The notes beneath the pieces are model-generated. The model was not told where the DNA came from. It searched no databases and saw only the letters and a program-made list of their open reading frames with translations. 32,000 bases of DNA, taken from contig CAVRAI010000014.1 in NCBI GenBank assembly GCA_963718915.1, forward strand, positions 90,001 to 122,000, given 5' to 3'. Position 1 is the first letter of the stretch, and every line of letters begins with the position of its first letter. The translations under genes and the position numbers were made by a program. Positions 7,828 through 16,839 of this stretch are shown one piece after another. The DNA is from an uncultured Chloroflexia bacterium (GTDB lineage Bacteria > Chloroflexota > Ktedonobacteria > Ktedonobacterales > JADMIN01).

Positions 7828-8066
7828 GCGATTGTCACCTCTGTACACGCCTCAATTCTGTGTGAAACGAAGGGTTGTGAGTTAAAGCTCCCGATGCCTG
7901 GCATGGTGTGCGGAGATGGCGGACCGTCGCGCGGGTGGCGCTTGGCGGCTAGCTCCACGTGGGAGTGCTGTCTTGGTTTCCAGTCTGCCTGGATGAGCTT
8001 TGCAAGGCCACCGACAATCCGTACAATTGCCCCGACAAGCACCACGACAATCGCCTCGGATTGCAA
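7824..8066 (-). CDS. candidate small TM protein upstream of TIR gene (core 7962-8066)
   Basis: 80-aa ORF with a TTG start. Its TM core is conserved with 3493-3606. Its stop overlaps the TIR ATG (ATGA at 7824-7827). No clear SD; it may be regulatory DNA instead. Confidence 0.3.
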   Translation of the reverse strand: MQSEAIVVVLVGAIVRIVGGLAKLIQADWKPRQHSHVELAAKRHPRDGPPSPHTMPGIGSFNSQPFVSHRIEACTEVTIA

Positions 8067-8077
8067 GCTGAACAGTA

Positions 8078-8106
8078 TTGCGTATAAACAGGCGTGGTGT
8101 TATCAT
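8078..8106 (+). promoter_or_regulatory. putative promoter of second XRE-SBP copy
   Basis: TTGCGT, a 17-nt spacer, then TATCAT. An alternative is TTGCAA (8061-8066), 16 nt, then TATAAA (8083-8088). The block ggtgttatcat is shared with 3628-3638. Confidence 0.3.
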
Positions 8107-8233
8107 GCAGCGCAAACCCCGTACGTTAGGGATCGTGGGGATGGGGGACGAAGGGATGAGCCGGAGCCCTTCGATAGTGTTGCCTAGATCGTGTCGGTTG
8201 TCTTCCCGTAATCTGGGAAAGAGAGCGACGGCC

Positions 8234-10687
8234 ATGGCCTCTACCCCAGCGCCGACCTTCGCGGACTTGCTCCGATCCCACCGTGTGGCCGCTGGACTCA
8301 CCCAGGAAGAGCTGGCGGCGCAAGCGCAACTCAGCGTTGATGCCATCAGCACACTGGAGCGTGGGACACGCCGCACGCCCCGCAAAGACACCGTTATACT
8401 GCTAGCTGATGCGCTGAATCTCTCGCCAGATGATCGCGCCGCTTTTGCCGCCGCCGCCCGTCGTGCCCTGACAGCTCCGCTGGCCGACGATCAGCCTGAG
8501 AGCCTTGTTGATGACGCCGGAGAGGCCCAAACCGCCGCCGCGTCTGCCGCCAACAACCCACCCTGTAGCTTCAGCGCCTTCCTCGTCGATACGTGGTCAA
8601 CCGCTCGCGCGCATCTTATCGTGGTGGTTGCGCTGACCCTCGCACTACTCACGATTATCGGCTTGCTCTTGCCGCTCACCGTCCCCACGTTTCCACGCGC
8701 GCTTGGTGTGATCGCGGGGCTGGCCGCAATTTTACTGGCGGCGGGAATGGTGGGTATGGCACTGGCGCGCCAACAACATCCAGCGCTGTTGCGGCAGCAG
8801 TTACGGGAGATGCGCCAACCAGTAGTCGCAGTGACGAGTAGCTTGCTCAGCCTCGTGGTCGTTCTTACAACCCTGTTCGTGACCAAGCCTCTGCCTATCA
8901 CGTCGCATGGGCCAGGCGGGTATGCATTCTTCAGCTACACCTATCACAAACCGACGCACACCGGTGGCTCTATCGTCGTTGGCACGTATTTAGACACTAC
9001 AACAGTTGCCCCGCGCGCGGTTGTCCACGTTGGTGATGATTGGTATCAAGCCTTGTGGAACAGTTGTCTGGTACAGTTGCCTGATCTGTCACTGGGATTG
9101 AACGGCTGGAAGGCGGATCAGTGTGTGAACGTGCCGACGGTTGCCGACGGTGAGGAAAACGTTGATGGCAGAACAACAAACTCCCGAATCGATCCTCGCG
9201 CCGTCTGGTCGGATGGGGCGCCGTCACCGCCGGAGACTTCATGTTCACCTTCCAACTGATGAGAGATCGCAACATCGGCTTTTTCGGCTCGAGTGATACT
9301 CTGCCCTGGCGCTTGATGCGCCTCACCGCGCTTGACTCTCATACCGTGCGGATTGATTGGTCCGCCCCGTATGGTGACTATCTTTTTGCGCTCCAATGGC
9401 TGACCCCACTTCCGCTGCACGCCTACGCACGTGGTAAGTTCGCTGGAGTGTACGATCCAGTCACAGGTGTGTACAACGCCGCACTTGCTCAACAATTGGC
9501 GGCAGACGTTATCTCAACACGGCCATCCCAGTAGATAATGGCCCATTCACGCTGAAGAGTTTCGTACCGCATGACCGTTTCGTTGTGGTCAAGATTTCCC
9601 GCTTCTTCTCTAACTTCTTCCACGCGCCCGCGCTCGATCAGATCACATTTGTCTCTACATCAGCGCCCAACATTGCTGTGAGCGAACAATTCGCAGCCTC
9701 CAAACGTGCATTGATTGCTGCATATCAACAAGGTGGACTGACGCTGGCCCTTGGATTGGGAGCCGCTGTATATGAATCAGTTAGGACGTATTCCTACTCA
9801 GGAGGTGATGAGCAGCCCCGTGCTCCGTTTCCTGATCCTGGGCTTCAACCAACGAAGCATAGCGCCCAACGCTCAAGCCAATGGTGGCGCGTCGATCTTC
9901 ACTGACATTACAGTGCGTAAGGCATTCACCGAGGCGTTTGACCGTTGTGCGGCGATGCATTTCGTGCTCGGCATTCACGACTGCAATGACCCAAGCTTCC
10001 ATACCGACGAACTCAGCGCGCCACCAGCCGCGGAGTACGATCCGACTGTCACAATGCCGACGTTCAACCCCACCGACGCCGCTGCGCTCATGGAACGCCT
10101 TGGCTTCCACGTAGTAGATGGTATCCGGCGATACAAGGATGGAAAGACGCCCATCAAGCTGACGCTTGCCCCTTCGCCATACGCCGTACAATTCGAGGAT
10201 ATCGCTCGTCGAATGCAACAAGACTACGCCCAGAACCTGAAGGTCGCTGTGAGTGTTGTGAGCGCTGATGTGGAGCCGAGCTTTTTTGTTCCAGGCGGGC
10301 TGGCGCAGACCGGGGCGTTCGACGTTGCCCTGTGGGGTGATGAAAATCTTGGTACGCCAGTGGACTTTATTGCGAATTATGGATGGGACAGCGCAGAGCA
10401 TACCAAGCGCGCAAAATCCTATTGGCGGCAACTTCCTGGGGGTGATAAATCCCTGGGTCCTCAGGCAGGATGAGCGTGGATCGCAGATATACGATGGCAG
10501 CCAGCGCACAGAAATTTACCGCGAGTTGGCGAGCCATGTGGCTCACTCACTCAGCATCGAGCCGCTATTCATCAATGCTGATATTTCACTGGTGAAACCG
10601 ACGCTCTGCAACTTCAAGCACTGGCCGCAATCCGGCTTCGATCTTTGGAACATCGCGGATTGGTATGTAGCGCCTTCATGCCCGTAG
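8234..10687 (+). pseudogene. paralogue of the XRE-HTH/TM/SBP5 fusion, interrupted by 4 frameshifts
   Basis: MASTPAPTFADLLRSHRVAAGLTQEELAAQAQLSVDAISTLERGTRRTPRKDTV.. is collinear with 3737-6175 across ORFs 8078-9259, 9241-9534, 9585-9905, 9751-10473 and 10268-10687. Frame breaks lie near 9221, ~9510, ~9765 and ~10390. I saw no in-frame stops. The C-terminus ..KPTLCNFKHWPQSGFDLWNIADWYVAPSCP matches copy A. Confidence 0.8.
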
Positions 10688-10705
10688 AGCGCGCTTAGGA
10701 GCGAC

Positions 10706-12015
10706 TCATTCGGCGCGCGCAGCCAGAGCGAGAGGTTCGTCTGGCTCCATCGTCTGCTGTACGACCACCAGTAAATGTTCGCTTAGGTCGCTCAGGTTGA
10801 CCTCCTGCCGCAGCGTGGCGCTGAAGCTGGCCAGCGTCTGCTCGACATTGTATTTGCGGCGATAGAAGCGGCGGTCGATGACACGCTGGAGACGGCGGCG
10901 TAACGGCTGGAAGAGCGCGGCGATGAGCAGTGTCGTCACCACGATAAGGGCGGGCGATGGCTCGCTGCTCTGACGCTGGGCGAATGCGTTGACGATGGCC
11001 TGCACGCCGACGACTCCCCCGACGTAGATCAGCGCAAGGATGGCGGTGAGCGAGCCGTAGACCAGCGTCCGGTTGATGATGACGTCGATATCGTAGAGCC
11101 GCGAGCGCAGAATCGCGATGGCTATCGAGATGGGGATCAGCAGCAGGAATCCTGCAAAGGCGGTCTGCGCGACAAACGTGCTGATCACGCTCGAAGCCAG
11201 CAACTCCGGTGGCAGCAGGAGATTCCCCAGCGTAAGGAGCGCACAAAGCCCACCATGCGATGGCAAAGCCGAAGACAACCCATTTGGTCTGCTGGCGCTC
11301 TCGATGGGTCGAGACGCGACGATAGCGGTAGATCTGCGCGGCTACAGGAGCCAGGACCGAGCCGAAGAAGAAGAGAATACTCCAGTCGAATGACTCACTG
11401 TAGATGAGATGGCTGAAGTAATCATAGGTCCAGTATCCACCAACCATGAGGACAAGCAGCCAGCTCTAACGTGGCACAAAGCGCCCATTAGGGAAGAGGA
11501 AGAAGAAGGTGATGAGACTGGTCTGCCCAAGGATATAGAGGATGCCGATACAACCAGAATCCAACGCCGGGCTGCACCGCCAGCGTATCCTGAAGGGTGG
11601 TCTCAAATGCGGCGCCACCAAAGAGCACCAGCGTGAAGGCGCAGAAGAGGGCCATCCGGTCACTGGAGCGCCGCCAGAAGATGATGGCGGCAATCACGCA
11701 GTAGATCAATACAACGACCGCGTTCCCTGCCGTCTGAAAATTTGCCAGGAATCCCAGCGTCAGGCCAGACTGGCGGAACAAACGCTGATCGAACGGCGTT
11801 GGGTGCAGATAAAAGCAGTGGATGCCGGGGGAACACGGCGTCTGCAGCAGTGCATTAAACCGCGGTAGCATGACGAAATTGAGCGCCAGCACAAGCAGCG
11901 TCAGCGCGATCCAGGCGACGCGGGCGATGAACAGCCAGGGGCCATGCAGCGTCTGTCCGCTGTCGGTCGAAGGCTGGACCGTGGCGCGCTCGACGGTCAT
12001 CGCTGGCTGATTCAT
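10706..12015 (-). pseudogene. paralogue of membrane protein 1596-2903, with 2 frameshifts and one in-frame TAG
   Basis: ATG 12015 sits behind GAGGAG. The pieces are 11488-12078, 11466-11693, 10695-11447 and 10706-11278. LFPNGRFVPR is followed by TAG (11466-11468) where the paralogue has Trp (VPRW). The tail LFQPLRRRLQRVIDRRFYRRKYNVEQTLASF matches copy A. Confidence 0.75.
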
Positions 12016-12115
12016 GTCTGACTGGCTCCTCGATACGATGACGATATTCGATCTGGCTTCTGGCGCGGAGCATACCATCGGCCCGTTACGAAACCGCTAC
12101 GGATCATAGCGCGCA

Positions 12116-12916
12116 TCAGAAGCCGAACAGGTGCGGTATCACATTGCCGAGGAGGTAGCCGCCCAGGGCGGAGGCCGTGCCGACGACGACGACCTCCAGC
12201 GCGCTCCGCACCAGATTGATGTTGGCGAGCCGCCCTTTGATAATGCCGACGATCACCAGCGCCAGCACCGTCAGCGCCAGCGAGACGGGCAGCGCGGGTG
12301 ATCGGCAGGAAGAAGTAGGCGATCAGCGGGAAGATGGAGCCGATGATATAGGAGACGCCCATCGTCAGCGCCTCGGGGATATGGACGGTGTCGGGGTCAA
12401 TCTGCAGCCCAAGCTCTTTCTCGACCATCGTTTTGTGATAGGCGTCGGGATATTTCGCCAGCAGGTTGGCCATCGTCGTGGCGTCCTCGGCGCTCACGCC
12501 TTCGTGGCGGAAAAGATGCGCCATCTCGTCCAGCTCGAACTCCGGGTTGTCGCGAATCTCGCGCAGTTCTTTCTCACCTCGGTCTTCTGCACCTGCGCCT
12601 CGGAGCGCCCAGAGATGAACTCGCCCGCGCCCATCGAGAGCGCCCCCGCGAACGCCTCCGCCAGCCCGGCGATGATGACCGCGTTCGTACTGCCCGTGCC
12701 GCCAGCCACCGCGCTCACCACGCCCACCGGCACCAGCAGTCCATCCAGCGTGCCAAAGACCACCTCGCGGATGCGGCTCAGCCGCGCGATGCGCGCCTTC
12801 TCGCCATAGAGATGCTCGTCTGCTTTCCTGCCGTCTGGCTGTCCGGTGGTAGCGAACTCTCCAAGGTGTCTCTCCTTCACGTCAATGCTTCGTGCCACCA
12901 ATAACTCACGCCACAA
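12116..12916 (-). pseudogene. VIT1/CCC1-family iron/manganese transporter, 2 frame breaks
   Basis: REVVFGTLDGLLVPVGVVSAVAGG..AGALSMGAGEFISGRSE (12494-12916). Then ..MAHLFRHEGVSAEDATTMANLLAKYP..LTMGVSYIIGSIFPLIAYFFLP (12012-12524). Then my translation LPVSLALTVLALVIVGIIKGRLANINLVRSALEVVVVGTASALGGYLLGNVIPHLFGF* ending at 12116. Confidence 0.75.
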
Positions 12917-13050
12917 TACTATGAGTCCATGCTACGGAAGGATACGAGACAAGATCGCTCCTCCAGGCAACACAACAGCCCCACCCGGCTGACGATGCGA
13001 TTGCCCATCCGCCGAGATGAGGCTGTGTCGTGTGTTGTGAGTGAGCGCCG

Positions 13051-15340
13051 CTAGCCAGCCGACGAGCAGACGTAGAGTGTGCCGCCGGATGTCGCCGCCA
13101 TACTCGCTCGCGGCGACCTGCGTGCAGTTCGACGTGACCCAGCTCACTAACTGGCCGTTGCCGCCGCCCTGACCGCCGAAGCCGCCACCACCGCCATCCA
13201 GCAGGAAGTAGCGAATGGCCCCGGAGCTAACCAGCGCCTGAAGCTGGCTCACGCTCAGAATCTGGTCGGAGCCGCTAAAGCCACCCAGCGCGATGACCGG
13301 CTGGCCGCTTGCGATGATGTAGGGCGCCGCCGTCTGCGAGTTGAGCGTCGCGAGGAGGTAGCGGGCCGAGCCGCGATGCGCCTCCAGGTAGGCGAGCAAC
13401 TGCTCGTTCACCTGCAAGCTCTGGCCGCCGTTGCCATTGGCGACGCCGCCAGTGGGCGCGCCACCGCCGCCGTTGCCCGGCCCAAATTGTCCGTTGCCCT
13501 GCCCGCCGAAGGCTGGTGGGAAGCCGCCGAGGCCGCCATTGCGCGGGCCACCGGGGACGAAGCCGTTGGGGGAGAGCGGCCGCCGCCAAGCCCGCGCGGG
13601 CCACCGTTGCCGCCGAAGCCACCACCCTGCGCCAGACTCGCCGAGGGGCCAGCCGTCGGCAGCGTGCCACCCGCGCCGCTGGCCAGCGAGACGCCCACCC
13701 AGGTCGCCGGGCCAAGCAGCAGCAGCGCGACACCGAGCGCCGTCGCCACCACCGCAACCGCCGACGAGCGGCAGCCGGTCCGCGAATGCATTGCGCGGCG
13801 TATCGACAGCAGGCAGCGGTCCACCGGTGGCGGGCAGCAGCGTGGGGTAGCAGGCGGCGCGTGGAACGCCACCAGGCCAGCAGCGCGGCGATCGGCAGCG
13901 AGCCACCGACGATCAGCGGCGTCATCCAGCGGTTCCAGCGGTGTAGTCGGCCAGGATGACGCCTGGACAAGGGCGGTGACGACGCAGCGCGACCGGCAGC
14001 AGACAACCATGCCAGCCCGCCGCGCGATAGTCACGCCAGAGCAGGACGCCCGATGCCGGCCAGCGCGGCGATGCCTGGCGCGAGCATCGAGAGATAATAG
14101 GTGTGGATAGAAGCCCGCGACGCTGAAGAAGATCGCCATCGTCAGCGTCCAGCCGCCCCAGAGCGCCAGCGCCGACTGTTGCGGCGTCAGATGGGCGTTG
14201 CGCCGCGCCTCCGCCGAGTGGAACCAGGAGCGGACGTCGGCGCGACGAGCGACTGCCCGTTCCGGCGGATGCCCCAGCCCGTCGCCAGCAGGCCGATCGA
14301 CGCCGAGCGCGAGCAGCCAGCTCACCTGGCCGCCAAGCTGCGCATTCAGCAGGCGGAAGAGGCCCGGCACGCCGTTCTCGGAGACGCCGCCGGGCCCGCC
14401 CGCCGCGGTCGGTCCGCTGGTGATGGCCGAGATGATGGACGAGCCGGAGGTTGAGCCGCCACGGAAGACCATGCCCAGCAGCCGCTGGATGCCGTTGTAG
14501 CCGAGGGCCAGATCAAGCTCGGAGTTGGTGCCGCTGGAGCCGACGTAGGGGCGCTGGCGTGGCGGGCGTCAGGTCCACGGCGACGACCCAGGCGAGCGAG
14601 ACGGCCAGCATCAGCCGCGCCGGCGACGCGCCAGGTGCCAGAGGCGCGTGCGCCAGCGCAGCGGCGCGCCGAGCAGATAGACAGCGCGAAGGCCGGCACG
14701 ACCAGATAGGCCTCGAGCATCTTGATGTTGAAGCCGAGGCCGACCAGCACCGCGCCGAGCAGCAGCCAGCGCAGGCTGCCCGCGCTCGGCGGCGCGGCTC
14801 ACGGCCCAGGCGCCCAGCAGCACGGTCAGCACGAGCAGGCTGTCGATGGTGTTGTTGCGGTTGGTGACGACGCTGATCGGCGTGATGGCCAGGAACAGCG
14901 CCGCCAGCAGCCCGGCGCACGGCGCCGAAGACGCGCCGCACCAGATGATAGAGCACGCCGACCGAGAGCACGCCGGCCAGCGCCTCGGGCAGCAGGATGC
15001 TGAAGCCGCTGAAGCCGAAGAGCTTGGCGCTGGCCGCCTGGATCCAGAAGCCGAGCGGCGGCTTATCGACGGTGACGAAGCCGCCCGGATCGAAGGAGAC
15101 GAAGAAGAAGTTGTGCCAGCTCTCCAGCATGCTGCGGATGGCCGCCGCGTAGTAGAGGTTGGCGTAGCCGTTGCGCTGCAGCTCGTAGAAGTTGGTGAAG
15201 GCGGCCAGCAACAGGATCAGCGCGAGCGCCTGGCGGCGGCGCGGCTCCCAGAAGGCGCGCAAACGCCCAGGGAGCGAGCGGAACGGTGAGGCTGGCGACG
15301 CGGCGTCATCGAGCGCCGGTGGGGCGATATCGGTTGCCAT
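13051..15340 (-). pseudogene. glycosyltransferase family 39 (ArnT/PMT-like) membrane protein, at least 6 frame breaks
   Basis: The N-terminus reads ..ALILLLAAFTNFYELQRNGYANLYYAAAIRSMLESWHNFFFVSFDPGGFVTVDKPPLGFWIQAASAKLFGF. Later pieces are scattered over all three frames (14611-14832, 14346-14750, 13408-14472, 13275-14006, 12932-13906). The C-terminus reads ..LLAYLEAHRGSARYLLATLNSQTAAPYIIASGQPVIALGGFSGSD..IRYFLLDGGGGG..ASEYGG, then with a shift GGTLYVCSSAG* ending at 13051. Confidence 0.75.
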
Positions 15341-15631
15341 GGTCTCCTCCTGTGGTCGTTGGCTGAGTCATCCAATCATACGCTGATCGTGGCGTGATCG
15401 GTTGACGAAATATGACGACATGTGTGTATCAAGTGCGGCGCATGTGGGATGTTTCTCAGCCACTGTACCGGCGCAACATTCACGTTCGATGTGAGTCCGA
15501 TGTGTGTTCTCTCATGATAGGAAGCGAGCACAGAGATGTGAAATGCTCCAGCTTCGCGGCATGAATGCCGCGGCTAATCCCAACCACATGGCCCTCATTG
15601 CCCGGCGAAAGGTACATTCGCCCCAGGATTA

Positions 15632-15657
15632 GCCGTGGCCTTCAACGTTTGGTGTGA
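15632..15657. repeat. IS left terminal inverted repeat
   Basis: 25/26 match to the reverse complement of 16736-16761. Confidence 0.75.
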
Positions 15658-15747
15658 GTTAAGCGGCGGGAAGAAAGCGAGTAGAAAGGAAGGGCCACAC
15701 GGGCATAGTGAGAGCACAGATCGATTTCCGACAAAGGAGGCTCTCAG

Positions 15748-16716
15748 ATGCTCGATGTGGATACCTTCCTGACGACACTCTACGTGTTGGTAGACGAGTG
15801 CGACAAGGGCATGTTGCCCCCCGAACCAACCACCCCAGGCCCGGCGCCCGCGCTGAGCCGGAGTGAAGCCCTCACCCTGGCGCTCTTTGGGCAATGGGGG
15901 ACGTTTCCCAGTGAGCGGGCATTCTACCGTTATGCCCAGCGCCATTTGCGCACGGCTTTTCCGACGTTGCCCGCCCGCAGCCAGTACAATCGCCAGCTCC
16001 GGCGGCTCGCCCACCCCCTGATCGCCGTCGGGCAGTGGGTCGCGGCGCGGCTGCGAGAGACGCTGGCAGCCGCCAGCGGAGCGGACGATGCCTACGAAGT
16101 GGTCGATAGCCTGGGGGTGGCGACGCGGCATAACCAACGCCGGGGACAGGGCTGGCTGCCGGGCCAGGCGGCGCGTGGCTACTGCAACCGGCTTGGCTGG
16201 TACATCGGCTTCCATGTGCTGACCGTCGTCACGCCCCAGGGCATCATCACCGGCTTTGGCATCGCGCCTGGCGACAGTTCCAATCAGTGGCTCGCTGAGA
16301 CGTTGCTCGCCGCTCGCCACTGTCCGCAATCCCGCTTGCCCGAAGTAGGCCCGCCGTCCGCCGCTGGCGCGTATCTGGCCGATACGGGCTTTGAGGGCGC
16401 GCGATGGGTACAGCAGTGGCGGACGCAGTATCAGGCGCAGGTGTGTATTCCCCCCAAACGGGGCACTCTGCGCCGCCGCCCGCAGCATCCCTGGCCCCGC
16501 CCGCTCCGTCGTGCCTTTGCCAGGTGGCGGCAGATCGTCGAGAGCGCGCACGACAAGTTGCTGCGCCTGCTGGGCTTGGAACACGAACGCCCCCATACTC
16601 TGGCCGGGTTCCGGGCGCGGCTGACCGCCCGTATCGCCCTCTATAATGGGTGTTGTTGGCTCAATCATCATCTGGGTCGTCCCTTGTTGGCTTTCGCCGA
16701 CCTGATCGATTGGTAG
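15748..16716 (+). CDS. DDE transposase, IS982-family-like
   Basis: Intact 322-aa ORF with AAGGAGG 7 nt upstream. The N-terminus reads LDVDTFLTTLYVLVDECDK..LSRSEALTLALFGQW..FYRYAQRHLRTAFPTLPARSQYNRQ. Candidate DDE residues are in VVDSLGV, YLADTGFEG and RQIVESAHDKLL. Confidence 0.85.
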   Translation: MLDVDTFLTTLYVLVDECDKGMLPPEPTTPGPAPALSRSEALTLALFGQWGTFPSERAFYRYAQRHLRTAFPTLPARSQYNRQLRRLAHPLIAVGQWVAARLRETLAAASGADDAYEVVDSLGVATRHNQRRGQGWLPGQAARGYCNRLGWYIGFHVLTVVTPQGIITGFGIAPGDSSNQWLAETLLAARHCPQSRLPEVGPPSAAGAYLADTGFEGARWVQQWRTQYQAQVCIPPKRGTLRRRPQHPWPRPLRRAFARWRQIVESAHDKLLRLLGLEHERPHTLAGFRARLTARIALYNGCCWLNHHLGRPLLAFADLIDW

Positions 16717-16735
16717 GTACGTTCGCAAAGACAAT

Positions 16736-16761
16736 TCACACCAAACGTTGAAGGCTACGGC
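16736..16761. repeat. IS right terminal inverted repeat
   Basis: tcacaccaaacgttgaaggctacggc is the reverse complement of IRL with one mismatch. Confidence 0.75.
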
Positions 16762-16809
16762 GCGCCCACCAAACGTCTACGCGCGCCATACAGTTTCTCC
16801 GCTTGCCAT

Positions 16810-16836
16810 GCGATAGACTGTGCCGACCCCTATCGC
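16810..16836 (-). terminator. hairpin directly after the ferric-reductase-like gene
   Basis: gcgatag / 13-nt loop / ctatcgc gives a 7-bp stem 4 nt past the TAA at 16840-16842. A second GC hairpin (ggcgcgc..gcgcgcc, ~16760-16788) follows. Confidence 0.3.
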
Positions 16837-16839
16837 GCC

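Larger units (their letters stand above)
15632..16761 (+). mobile_element. IS982-family-like insertion sequence (about 1.13 kb, single transposase ORF, 26-bp terminal inverted repeats)
   Basis: IRL gccgtggccttcaacgtttggtgtga (15632-15657) matches the reverse complement of IRR (16736-16761) at 25/26 positions. The element encloses an intact DDE transposase ORF. I could not find a target-site duplication. Confidence 0.75.

Noticed and set aside
7048-7848. 266-aa version of the TIR ORF with a Ser/Arg/Thr/Pro-rich C-terminal 110 aa
   Set aside because: Past 7371 this frame is an off-frame read of ORF 6827-7297, which encodes a clean TM helix and a domain paralogous to the neighbouring lipoprotein. 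A single-base shift joins the two.
13275-14110. Multiple 140-350-aa ORFs on both strands in 13.2-14.5 kb
   Set aside because: All are alternative-frame or antisense reads of the frame-broken GT39 gene. Only short segments in each frame look like GT39 membrane or C-terminal domain sequence. I treat the region as one disrupted gene.
15595-16734. 379-aa ORF antisense to the IS transposase
   Set aside because: It covers the same DNA as an intact DDE transposase with a good SD and recognisable motifs. The antisense product is Arg/Gly/Pro-rich with no motifs.
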